Of a stretch of 64,000 nucleotides of DNA, positions 1 to 64,000 are shown piece by piece. Each line of letters begins with the position of its first letter. The first letter of the stretch is position 1. A model generated the notes under the pieces. It saw nothing but the letters and a program-made list of their open reading frames with translations. It searched no databases and was not told the DNA's origin. Source of the DNA: Zootoca vivipara (taxonomy: Eukaryota); NCBI RefSeq assembly GCF_963506605.1, contig NC_083292.1, positions 22,320,001 through 22,384,000 of the forward strand, written 5' to 3'. A program made the position numbers and the translations under genes.

Positions 1-405
1 AAGAGCCCTGCAGGATCAGGCAAATGGATCATCTCGTCCAGCATCCTGTTCTTGCAGTGACCAACCAGATGGCTGTGGGAAGCCCACAAGCAGGACCCAA
101 ACACATAGGGTTGCCAGACTCAATAGAGGACAGGTCTTCTGTGCCTTTAATTGCCCTGCTCTCTTTTGAGTCTGGAAACCTCAAAGAGAAACCAGCAGAC
201 CCTTTGTTTAATTTCCAAGCTGGTTTCTCTTTAAGGTTTCCAGACTCAAAAGAGAGCAGGGCAATTAAAGGCACAGGAGTCCTGTCCTCTATTGAGTCTG
301 GCAACCCTACAAACACAAGAGCCCCCTCCCCTCCAGTGATTTCCAGCAACTGGTATTCAGAAGCTTTATTGCCTCCAACTGTGCTGGCAGAGCATAGCCA
401 TTGCA
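1..405 (-). mobile_element. CR1-type LINE 3' end fragment, interrupted by a MITE
   Basis: aagagccctgcaggatcagg...gtccagcatcctgttc is the reverse CR1 tail; similar to 1905-2140 and 62505-62600. Confidence 0.6.
106..309. mobile_element. Palindromic hAT MITE (TIR TAGGGTTGCCAGA), 8-bp TSD CAAACACA
   Basis: ~90-bp inverted arms; identical 8-mer at 98-105 and 310-317. Confidence 0.9.
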
Positions 406-633
406 TTGGTATTTATAAAATGTGCTTTTATATCTTCTTGTATTGCTGCTTTATCAGTTGTAAGGGGTGTTTTTGTTGTTGTTTATGTTTATGTTTATAT
501 AGCATACTGTTTGCTTTTTAGACTGTACAGCCATATGCTCCAACATTTCTCCGATGAAAATAGGGACGTCCTGTTCAATCATCATCAACAACTTCATCTG
601 GCTGGAAACCCAGCTAGGTGGGCGGGGTATAAA

Positions 634-634
<1 letters not shown>

Positions 635-685
<51 letters not shown>
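635..685. repeat. (GTT)n microsatellite
   Basis: ~17 perfect units. Confidence 0.95.
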
Positions 686-835
686 AATGCCCTGCCTATC
701 TGACTGGGTTGCACCAGCCATGCTGGGTGGCTTCCAACATATATGAAAACATAACAAAACATTAAAAAAACCTTCCCTATACAGGGCTGCCTTCTGATGT
801 CTTCTAAATATTGTCTAGTTACCTATCTCCTTGGC
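686..835 (-). mobile_element. L2-clade LINE 3' fragment
   Basis: Reverse complement of the tail seen at 7860-8070 and 28215-28480. Confidence 0.6.
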
Positions 836-916
836 TCAGGGGTTGCCTAATTCCATACTTTCCAACATTTCTCTGATGAAAATTGGGGCATCCTACAGAA
901 AAGCAGGACATTCTAG

Positions 917-1135
917 CAGGGGCGTAGGAAGAGAGGGGCGGTGGGGGCGGTGGGCCCCGAGCGACGTGATCCCAGGGGCGCCATCGCCGCTGCCCCCCCA
1001 ACGCGCATCCCGCCCCTAAAACACACGCCACGTCACTGCACACGGCAAGCCCCGCCCCCAGAACGCGTGCCACGTTGCTGGGGGCAGTGTGCCTGCTCTC
1101 TGCCCCCGGTGGCGGAGCATGAAGCTCCGCCGCTG
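917..1135. mobile_element. GC-rich hAT MITE, 8-bp TSD CATTCTAG
   Basis: Imperfect TIR CAGGGGCGTAG/CTCCGCCGCTG; TSD at 909-916 and 1136-1143. Confidence 0.8.
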
Positions 1136-1904
1136 CATTCTAGGTTGTTGTTTTTAAAAAAATCCTGTGTAAAAGCTGGTGGTTACCATTTGCATGTTAA
1201 CACAGTTTTCTTGGGGGGGCGTGGTTCTTGATGCTGGTGCACTACAAAGAGGTTGGGTCTGAAAGCATAGGCTGTCTCTGTCCCCTTCCAAACATTTGCC
1301 AAAGCGATAAGATCACATTTCAGACACAAGAAAATAGGTAGCTGTCTCCCTTGCATTAATGTTTGGAACAACAATAGCAGCAGCAGTTGCAAAGCTTTCC
1401 TGTTTGGGGACATTGAAGGTGTTTCTGGTTTCAGTGAAAATAGCAAGTGGTTTGATTTTTTTTTCTTTCAAAAAAGAAGAAGAAAGCCCATCATATTTAT
1501 TATTTTTCTGGGCCTGCTTGCATCTTGCCGCCGTGTGATTTCAGACTCGCCCCTGTGCCCTGCTTTGAACTGCGTGATAATGAAAAGCAGGACACATCCG
1601 CAGCTCACACATTGGAGCTCTTCCTATGATGCACACCCTGGCTCTGATCCAGCTCTTCTATTGCCTGCAGAGAAGTAAAAGATTGCATTGGGCACTGTGC
1701 TATGTTAAAGTCACTTGGCAGTACACTTCTTCCGCTGGTGAAACGTGCTTTGAACCAGCGGGAAACGGTGGCACAAGAGAACGATCAAGCAGGTTGCTGG
1801 TGACTGTTGCAAATGTTGCACTGGATCCCTCAAAGCTGTGCAACGCTTTTAAGAACTCGTCCTTGCGCCAGCGGGCAGAGAATATTGGACGCAGCTCAGT
1901 GCCT

Positions 1905-2140
1905 GCTTAAGAACATTAAGAAGAGCCTGCTGAATGAGGCCAGTGGCCCACATAGTCCAGCATCCTGTTCTCACAAGGGCCAACCAGATGGCTGTTGGAA
2001 ACCTTCAAGCAGGAGCCCAGCACAGGAGCATTCTCCCCTTCTGGCACTCAGAAGCATTGCTGCCTCTTGACAGTGGACACGGAGCATAGCCGTTGTGGCT
2101 AGTAGCTGCTGACAAGCCTTCTCCTCCAACAATTTGCCCA
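1905..2140 (-). mobile_element. CR1-type LINE 3' end fragment
   Basis: taagaacattaagaagagcctgctg...gtccagcatcctgttctc. Confidence 0.6.
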
Positions 2141-2384
2141 AATAGGGTTGGGGATGGGGACCTGCAGGAACTGCGAGGGCAGGGTGGGTTTGGCTGAGGG
2201 CCGGAGGGAGGGAGAGGGTGGAAGGTCTGACAGGGGTAGGGGGTGGGCAAGGTTGGCAAGCAACAGGGGTTAGCATGAGCAGGGGTCACAGCCCCTCGAC
2301 TTGGGAAGCAGCTGCCTTGAGACCGAATGTGTGTCCCCTCTGGAGCATGTTGTTTTAATAAGGAAAGTTACAGGTAGGATGGAA

Positions 2385-2753
2385 TGCTGAGAAGATCCCT
2401 CCTCTTCAGAGAGGGGGGAATTTGCAGGCGGGACCCGCTCTACGCATCGAGCAGGGGGGGGGGCGCATTCAGCCCCCTGCTCAGCCTATCCTGCTGCCCC
2501 GCCCAGAGCCCTGGCTGGCCAATAGGGCCAGGTTGTAGGCGGGGTTTACCTGCTTCAAATAAGCGCGGCAGCCTCCTCATCGCCCCTTTCCGCTGCTGCT
2601 CCTGGAGTCACGCTTGCTAGGGAGTCCAATGCCTAAGCCAATACCTCTCACTTGCTCTAACCAATAAAGTTGTGGCCTTATTCTACCCATTAACCCTAAT
2701 ACCATGTGTCACTGTGTCTTTATTTCTCACGGGCGGCGGGTTCTCGAACCGCA
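2385..2753 (+). mobile_element. Putative solo LTR
   Basis: TG...CA ends; GC boxes, CCAAT, TATA-like CAAATAAG, AATAAA (~2663) then GT-rich tract; no TSD found. Confidence 0.45.
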
Positions 2754-3091
2754 AACTAGATTCTTTGCTTTTCTCTTCCCAGTAAAATTCACAGAATTGG
2801 AATTAATTCTTTTCAGGGCACCATCCTGCATTATAAATCTCAGGCGAAGGCTCTGAAAAACTTGGGGAGTGATGGTAGATTGCTCCTATCCCATCCAAAT
2901 AGCTGTAGAGACTGCATTGCGCAGTAAAGTCACAAAGTTGGGGGAAAGTATCCCTGGTCCATTCTACTTGATGGGAGGGATAAACCTTCCCTGGCTTGGC
3001 AAGCAATTGGTTCATTCCCCACCCCCACCCCACCCCACCCAGGTCTCTAGGGCAGTATCTTTCTTTTCTTTTTAGAGGAGAAGGGTTAAGA

Positions 3092-3343
3092 CAACTGGAA
3101 GTACCTTGGTTTTCAAAGAAGCTTAGTTCTCAAACGTTTTGGCTCCCGAACACTGCAACCCCAGAAGTGACTGTTCTGGTTTGCGAACTATTTTTGGAAG
3201 CCAAACGGCCAACGGGGCTTCCACAGCTTCCAATTGGCTGCAGGAGCTTTCTGCAACCAATCAGGTGTGCTTTGGTTTCCGAACATTTTGGAAGTCGAAC
3301 GGACTTCCAGAATGGATTTTGTTTGACTTCCAATGCACGACTG
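3092..3343. mobile_element. Diverged Tc1/mariner (Tigger-like) MITE
   Basis: gtaccttgg...cgactgTA ends; shares cttccaattggctgcaggagctt core with 47230-47471. Confidence 0.6.
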
Positions 3344-3984
3344 TATCAGGAAAGTCTCCTGCAAACAAGAGGTTGTAGAGGCTTTATCCTGGACCTGAAA
3401 GCAGGCTTTGGCAACCTGGCGCCCTTGTGAGGTTTTGGACTACAACTCCCCATCAGCCCCCGCAAAGCAGAGTTGTGCTGCACTAAAAGAATTCGGGAGG
3501 AGTCAGAACATTTATGCAGCCCAGGTAAGTTGAAATTTGGGGTGTGTTCAGACGTCTTCCATTTTCCCAATTATAATACTAGTGTTTCTGAATTTCATTC
3601 AGGCCAGGGGGTGTGGTGTGGTACAACTATGAACATCACCCCCACCACCACCCTTTTCTGCACATGCCTGCTTCTGTTAAAATGGCAGGAAATAACTGTA
3701 TACCAGGATTATCGCCCCAAACTTCGTTACATTACTCCCGTGATTTTCTGGGTTGAGGAGGTTGCAAATGCCCCCCCCCCGAATCAAGTAACACAGAAAT
3801 GAGTGCTTTAAGATGCACTGTGCTGCGTTAGTTTTCTGGGAGCAGCTTTTACGTGGTGTGACAGCTCAAATAAAGTGGAAATTATCGCTTAAGGAAATGT
3901 GGGGGAAATGGAATAAACCGCCGTGTGAACGCAGCCCTGGTCTACTATGATATGCTGGAACCAGGCCAATGTTTCACGACTGTG

Positions 3985-4127
3985 GAATCATAGAATTGTA
4001 GTGTTGGAAGGAACCACGAATGTCATCTAATCGAACCCGCTGCAATGCAGGGATCTTTTGCCCAACGTGGGGCTCGAACCCACAGCCCTGAGATTAAGAG
4101 TCTTGTGCTCTACTGACCGAGCTATCC
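3985..4127 (-). mobile_element. tRNA-Lys(CTT)-derived SINE with CR1-like tail (Squam2/POM-like)
   Basis: Minus strand gatagctcggtcagtagagcacaagactcttaatctcagggctgtgggttcgagccccacgttgggc, then ...cttccaacactacaattctatgatt. Confidence 0.75.
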
Positions 4128-4338
4128 TATCGCCTTGCCCTTCCCCCCCCCCACCCCCAAGAGCACAGTTAACTCAAAATGGGCTGGCGAACAGCTTGTT
4201 GAGTCACCAGCACGTAAATAGAGCGGCAAAACCCACACGAGTTTCAGTAATTCAATAATTTATTCATCTAAAAAAGTGTGTAAAAGTATATAGCTCTCAT
4301 CCACAAGGTATATATGAATGACATTTAAAATGGAGGTC

Positions 4339-4378
4339 TTTATTATTATTGTTTCTTCTTTTTATCAAAGTCTTTATT
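4339..4378 (-). terminator. Candidate polyadenylation signals (AATAAA at 4373-4378 and 4339-4344)
   Basis: TTTATT on the plus strand at the end of the AU-rich block. Confidence 0.55.
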
Positions 4379-5571
4379 TTAGTGTATTGTACCAGCGATA
4401 TACTGTAAGATTTAAAATGAACTTCACGTAGTTCTTTTTTTTTCTCGTTTTGTTTTGTTTTTGTTTCAAATTGTTGGCTATATATAAAAGAGGCTCACTG
4501 CAAAAATGCTCAAGGGGGGGGAAAGCTCAGAACTCCCCCCACCCCAAGAAATGTACAGCTTTTACATTTAAAAAAGGTTCTGAAATATACATACAAGCAT
4601 GCTCGACACCCCCCTGCACACCCCTTGCTTGTTTCCACCCACCCACCCCAACCCACTTCGCTCAAACTGTTATAATTCCAATTTCTGCATGATTTCCAAA
4701 ATTAGAAATTAAAAAAAATAAAATAACTTCTTCACTCTGTAGGAAATCCAGGGCTTGTACATTTCAGATTAATTCAGTAAAAAACTCACAAGTAAAATAA
4801 TGCATATTTTAAAGGGAAATATTATACAGATTTTCACACTGAAGTACATAAGATTTTTTTTCTTTTTAAAATCTATTGCCATTCATTTATTTTGCACAAA
4901 AATGTATAAATATGTTACCAGCTTCTATTAACTTAAAAAAATTAAATAAAAACACCACCAGATGAAAACTACTTCTCGCTACCCCTCCATCCCCTTATTT
5001 GTGGGGTGGGGGGGAGGCATTTTAATTTTTGCATTAGAACTGGATCTCTGGGGAAGGAAAGAACCCCCTTGATAAAAACAGCCCATTAAAAAGAAAAAAG
5101 GTAAAAGTAAATCCATCTCTAATTCAAAGTTCAGGTCAATTTTGGGAACAAAGAATCCCAAAAATGGTAAAAGATAACTTTACATAGTTTTCCTCACCAA
5201 GGATTTTTTTGTATACAAGTTTACAATCTTCATCTTTTAATGCTCTTCAAAAGGCCTTGAGAATTTTCCTTTCTGATTAAGAAAAAATAGTAATGCAATA
5301 TTTTTTTAAAATCAATTTTACACTGTATACATTAGATACAAATGGTTTTGATATATCTGATTTCCCCCCTCCTGTACATTGCAAAGGTCCCCCCTGCCCT
5401 GCCCCTAGAGCAGAGAATAATAGCAATCCATTTACAGGGTCTTCCTCTGACCGATCCCTTTCCCCCATCACGCATGGGATTATTATTATTTTTTAATAAT
5501 AAATTTTGTTTTTAAACCTTACACCATCATTTCAAGAAAAATATTATTTAAAGTCATAGAAATTTTAATTA

Positions 5572-5607
<36 letters not shown>

Positions 5608-7202
5608 TTCTTCTTCTTCTTCTTTTCTTTTTAACCAGAACAAGACAGACTTTTGGAAGAACTTCAAAAATGGTATTCTCTCCAAGGACGATGGTCAGCA
5701 GCCTGGACCACAGTCCCCACAATACTTGATTCCTCTTCTATAAAGCAGCCCAGGCCTGCCCACAGTGCAAAGAGAAACATTAAAAATGGGATCTTTTAAC
5801 AGCATAGACTTCTCAAATCCTAGAATTAAGGAGTCATAAAAATAATATGATTTGCTTTAAACTTTTCTTTTAAAATGGCAAACATTTTAACTAAACCGAT
5901 TCATTCCCCCCCCCCCCCAACCTCAGTGGTCTTCATTTTCAAGTACTAATTTAATGATACAACTTTTAAAAATTATTTCTTTGAAATAATAATTTTCTTC
6001 CTATAGACAAATACACCAGATTTGAAACTGATAAGAGTGTAAACAATCTATGTATAGTGTGTGTCTATGTGTGTGTGTGTGTGTGTGCGCACACATATAT
6101 CACACAACATACATAACACACACGAATATATGACAGATGAGTCTCTCCCAGTTTATAGATGACTTGAGCTTTGGGAATAATTTCCAAATCTATCAGACTC
6201 CTCTCTTAATCAGTATTTCTCCCTTCAATTTGCCTCGACGCTAAAGTGTTTTATTGCCTCCCACTGGTCTGTTGTCCTGCAAATGCATTATTGTTTGTCT
6301 GACTTTATTTAAACCTCGCTAGAGTTCCTTAACCAAAAAAAGTCCACCAAAGATTGTAATAATAATAATAATAAAAATAGTGACTCCTAAAGTTCTTCCT
6401 CAAATGCTCTTCCTAACTTGGTTTTTTTGGATTTCCTCCATGGTTTTTACCCCATTTCTCAGTCAGAAGAATGCGAGGTATGTCGATAAATACTTCTTGG
6501 CAGAGCTGAGCTGGATCAACTACTGTACCTGGTCCTCTATAATTTAACAGCCCCCGTTAATAAATTAAAAAACAAACAAAACTCGAAGAGAGCATCTCCA
6601 AGACCGTTCGCATCTACATGGACAGGTAACAAATGCATGCATTCAACCCAATCCACTCAGACAGGAATTGCAGGTAGACAGAAATCCCACTTTTTTTTCT
6701 TTTGAAAAGACTACGAGAACTGGTTCTTCTTTGCAGCCACGTTCATCCGGCGGTTTTTCAAGGAACAATGTTAAAAGAGTTTTGGGCCACCCAAACTGGT
6801 CACGACAACATTTCGCTCGGAAAGGAGGGCACTTTGTCTCTTAGGCAAAGAGATCCGTGCACAACGAAACAGAAAATAACCACACACACAAAATAAAAAA
6901 TTAACAAAACGGAAGGACACTGTCTTCTGTGGTCCGTTGTTCCATTAACATCCCGCCACTGCGTTAACACTGCCCTTGAGGTTGCGATACATCTCACTGT
7001 CTGGTATGCTTGGCAGAAGTCCTGATGTGTCCCACCACAAACACTGGAGAAGCCTCCTGTTATTATTCCTGGAGGAAACAAGGCGCTGCTTGGGCCCCCA
7101 GAGGCTGGGGTCCGATGAGGAGAAGGGCTCCTCCGACCCTCGTGAGCCATGGCCCATCTTTCTCAGGTTGAAGGGGAAGGTCATCCAGGCGCTTCCGGGT
7201 GA
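4340..7202 (-). other. MED13L: MED13L 3'UTR (~2.9 kb, AU-rich)
   Basis: Follows the stop codon; AT-rich and free of recognisable transposons; ends at AATAAA signals; exact end inferred. Confidence 0.65.
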
Positions 7203-59972
<52,770 letters not shown>

Positions 59973-59999
59973 CTGCGAGATAAACAACAACACAGGATA

Positions 60000-60223
60000 C
60001 AGTCATACCTCGTGTTGCCCTAGGTTCATGTTGCGTCTTTTCGGCTTGCGAACGCGGGTTTTGCCGTGCGTATGTGTGCAGAAGGGTTCTGCGCGCTTTG
60101 CTCATGCGCAGAAGCACTCTATCATGCTCCCTGCTTGCGCAGAAGCGACACTCTAGTTGCGGACTTTTCAGGGTGCAAACGGCACCCCAGAATGGTTCAT
60201 GTCCACAACTAGAAGTACCACTG
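60000..60223. mobile_element. Tc1/mariner MITE, TA TSD
   Basis: CAGTCATACCTCG / AGAAGTACCACTG ends. Confidence 0.75.
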
Positions 60224-61823
60224 TATAGCAAAAGGTACAAGAGTTAATTCCTGGAAATGATGTTCTTTGGGGTCCAAAAAATGTGGGATTAGAGTGAAAA
60301 TTCAAACCAGATCTAATATAACTTCATCGGCTTCATAAACCATAAATGAGTCATGCTCACATACACTTTGCTACAAATCCAACTCATTTCACCAGCTCTG
60401 GCATGGAGATCTTGGTTTGTTTGGACCAGAGTTCCCAGCCATGCCTAATATGGTGAATTCTGGCTTAACCAAACAAGAATATCCATGTTAAAGTTGGTGC
60501 ATAAGGGAAGAGGGGGTGGAATATGGGCCAAATATTATGTCCAAAACCAGCCTTTCATTTGGGTGACATCTTAAACCTTACATTTATTACCAGCTGCCAC
60601 ATTTATTATCAGATTATGGATTGGTTTTGACACCAACACCAAACTATGATTTAGTGTTATGTGAACAGACCTCAGAATCCCTATAAATGCTTAGTGCACT
60701 CCAATTCCCTCCTGCAGTTCCTTTTTTGGTGGCAGAGCTTGCTGTTATTGAAATGAGGAAACTACGATTTGCACAAACTATGGTATGTTTGCAAACCAGA
60801 ATTTGGAATCATGGTTTGATTGCTTTTCCATTTGCAAAACAGGAAGTCACAGAGGGCATAAAGGGAGGAAGAAACGTGGAAATCCAAGGCTTGCTCATAT
60901 AATGGCAAAACACAGTTTGATGTTTAATCTGAATCAAGTTCATTTTTAAATTACTGCAGTGGTTGTGCTGATGTCATATGCACAGTCATTCAGGACTGGC
61001 AGTGTGTCCTCCCCCCGCACCCACGCCAAGGCAGTAAAACTGCTTATGAATGGCACCAGCAACGGCTTCTGTTCTCTGTTATGAATGATATCTTTAGACC
61101 AATTGGATAAGCGGCAGCACTCTAAGCATGAACTGGAACAGCAGAGGGAGCTTTTAGCTTGCTTCCGAACTGCATGTCACACACACTGTGCTTGAACTGA
61201 AAAAGGAGGTAATAGTACAAATCCTCAACAAGGTCAAACATGTTTACAGAACTCCTTGTTCTTATGTCTGGCATGGCCAGAAAAAGCCTTATGAATAAAA
61301 CACTGAAAGCAGCCAAAGCACTGCTACATCAGAAGGCGAAAAGGCAACCACGCCTGCCCCTGCTGTAAAAGGACGTCTGTGCCAGGGTTTTGTGTTTGCT
61401 GTTATTTCCAGCGGATACAAGTGTTTGCAAACCAGGTTGTACAATGGCATCCTGCTCTCTCATTTGGTTCTTACTATGCTGCTGCTGTCAGCAGCCAAGA
61501 TCTCTCAAGGGACAGTTCCCCATCACAAGTCTACGTTTCCGATTTGCAAATGCTGGCTGACATGTGGAGCAAGCATCTGTGTGAAGTTGTGATGCTTTCA
61601 ATAATGTCACAATGATGCAACCCTTCACAGGATCCAAGTCCTGGGTGGCAGCATGCAAACACTATCCTGCACAAGAATGAAGAAACAGGCACCAGCTCGC
61701 AACACATTTCTGCGATTTCCATAGACCTGATGCGCTGCATTCATTGACTGCCACATTCACAAAGGCATCAGTAGGAGTGTGCCTAGAAATTTAGAGAAAT
61801 CCTAAGACTTGAGCCAAATTGAG

Positions 61824-61989
61824 NNNNNNNNNNNNNNNNNNNNNNNNNNNNNNNNNNNNNNNNNNNNNNNNNNNNNNNNNNNNNNNNNNNNNNNNNNNNN
61901 NNNNNNNNNNNNNNNNNNNNNNNNNNNNNNNNNNNNNNNNNNNNNNNNNNNNNNNNNNNNNNNNNNNNNNNNNNNNNNNNNNNNNNNNN
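61824..61989. other. Assembly gap
   Basis: Run of N. Confidence 1.
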
Positions 61990-63063
61990 CAATTCTAACA
62001 ATGGGGAGGGGGAAACAGTGCAGACCGTGTGTCTGCCAGAAGTGTAACCTTTCTCCTCAAGCTTCCCATATAAGGAAAACACCAAGGTGGGGAGAGGGAG
62101 AGCTCTTTTGTGACTGACAGGTCTAGCTTCCAATAAGAGGAAATGATTTTACCAGAGATCTCCAACCACAGTGGTTTGGAGACGGGATGCTTTCGTTTAT
62201 TCATTACTCTCTGCTCATTCTGACTCTTCTGAGCAGTACCAACTACAGCAGGGTGGTCCAACATGCAGTCTGTGAGCCACATGTGGCCCTTGAGGCCTTT
62301 TAGGTGGCCCCTGGCAGAGCAGAGAATGGAAGTGGCTCCTGATGCAGCAGCGATGGCAGTGTGACCTGGCTTCAGGAAGGAGGCATGAGGGTTATGGCAT
62401 GGTCCTAGAATCCTTCCACCTCCTTTCTCAGATTTCGGGGAGGTGGACTAGATGACCCTCAGGGTCCCTTCCATCTCTACAATTCTATGCTTCTATGCTC
62501 CACGACATAAGAAGAGCCTGTGGGATCAGGCCAATGTCCAATCTAGTCCAGTATCCTGTTCTCAATGGGAAACCTGCAAGCCCGGATTTGAGCACTCGTT
62601 CTCTCCTGTGGTTTCACCCTGAGTTTGCTTATTAAATATATTAATTCTATTGTGCATTTAACTATATAAATTAAATATATTGTGTTTATTTTTTTTAAAA
62701 AAAATGAATATATTGCAAACACTTTAATTTATGATGTGGAAATTTCGTTCAGCGTGTGGCCCACAGGCTCTGTGTCAAAATGCTCTTGCAGCTCACTTGG
62801 CCCAAGAGGTTGGACCACCTTGATCTAAAGAGTTCTTTGTGGTGAAGCTGAAGCTTTTTGCTTATATTCTAAAATCAGTTTCTTTCTCTTGTTTTCTTGT
62901 ATCTACCCCCCATTCCTTCTCAAAACTCCTGTCCATTTAGCCCTTTTGATTTATTCTTGGTGCTGTTTGTTTGACTGAGTCTTTCTTAAGGGTTGGCTTT
63001 TGTCTGTTATCCCTATAGCTTCCCCCAAGTCCTATATATACTAGCTATATATACTATATATAT

Positions 63064-63065
<2 letters not shown>

Positions 63066-63104
<39 letters not shown>
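63066..63104. repeat. (GT)n microsatellite
   Basis: Direct reading. Confidence 0.95.
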
Positions 63105-63107
<3 letters not shown>

Positions 63108-64000
63108 AGAGTGGTGGTACGCCATATGTTGCCACCCCCACCCCACCCCAGAGACAGAAGCTTTGGCAGTTATAGTCCAACAGCATCCGTAATATAATTA
63201 ATTGCTAAAGTTGTTCTTTCTTAAAGCCTTCTCACATAGCTTTTTCAGGGAGAAGAGTAACACTCGCTATAATTAATTACATCAACACAAAGCAGGTCTG
63301 CCTACAGTGTGTGCCCAATGCTAGAACCAGCTTATGTCCTTGGACATTGGCAGCCACGCAGAAAAGGAAATTATTACAACCGGATATACCTGTGTAGTGC
63401 TGAAGGACATGCCTTGCCTTTACCCAAAGTAAGTTAAGTACTTTCATTGATTTAAAAGAGACACGCCACTTTAACAACCATCAAGGAACAGCAGAGGATA
63501 TTAGATTGAGGTTTCACTAACACATAAAGACAACATTTTTTATGACTCTGACTGGAACTCTTTCTGTTTCCTGAAAGCTGCAGAGCTCAGATTTTATAGT
63601 GCTCCTCAAAATTGTGCTCCATCACTGTACATTAAAATGCATGTGCTTTGTAAATATTAATTTTACTGAAGGTGTAACTATGCATGGTAGCAACAGACCT
63701 ATGTATTCAAATGCAAGTCAGTGCCAAACTCTGATTTTGGGGAGGGGGAGATTTAAAGTAGATTCGGAACAAGGTGCTGAATTCTTCTACTGCTTGCTTC
63801 ATTTGACTTGCACTGTGTCCGCCTAAGCAATTTGCCCTTACAATTAATCAAGCCTTTGCTCCATCTAGCTTCATATTATCTACATGGACAGGCCCAGTTC
63901 TCTAGAGTTTCAAATGTGGGTCTATGCCAGGGGCTGACACCAGAACCTTTTGCATGCAAATTATGTTCTCTACCACTGAGCTATGGTTTCCCCCAGTACT

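Noticed and set aside
24-521. Overlapping 165-aa and 125-aa ORFs with mirrored peptides
   Set aside because: Artefact of the palindromic MITE at 106-309.
2140-2290. G-quadruplex as a MED13L termination pause site
   Set aside because: The G-runs are on the plus strand, so the read-through RNA would be C-rich; no other support.
3539-3938. Harbinger/PIF-like MITE
   Set aside because: Terminal similarity is weak and I found no 3-bp TSD, so it is not listed as a feature.
4060-4127. Functional tRNA-Lys(CTT) gene
   Set aside because: The acceptor stem is broken and the sequence runs directly into a CR1-like tail, so it is a SINE head.
60224-64000. Further upstream MED13L exon (phosphodegron exon ~7)
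   Set aside because: No PLTPPTSP-like coding segment seen; it is probably beyond the window, though the gap at 61824-61989 cannot be read.

Overview
Vertebrate genomic DNA from a squamate reptile; the repeat set (Sauria SINE, BovB, tRNA-Lys/CR1-tailed SINE, L2, Penelope, many MITEs) suggests a lacertid lizard. The window holds the 3' portion of MED13L (Mediator CDK8-kinase-module subunit 13-like) on the minus strand. I found 24 coding exons with GT-AG boundaries, numbered 8-31 by analogy with the human gene from memory. They sum to 5,642 nt (2-nt phase carry-in plus 1,880 codons including TAA at 7203-7205) and splice in frame, followed by a ~2.9 kb 3'UTR ending near 4350. Upstream exons are not visible. 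The introns hold a nearly intact full-length BovB (RTE) LINE with one frameshift, two short BovB 3' fragments, Sauria SINEs, CR1/L2/L1-like fragments, at least 13 hAT and Tc1/mariner MITEs (many with clear target-site duplications), a Penelope-type palindrome with a hammerhead-ribozyme core, microsatellites and two N gaps. I found no convincing wholly new biological system. The best leads are the near-intact BovB, the hammerhead motif, MITEs carrying NRF1 plus ETS motifs, a hairpin next to a rare GAG acceptor, inverted repeat pairs that could drive back-splicing, and candidate conserved enhancers.
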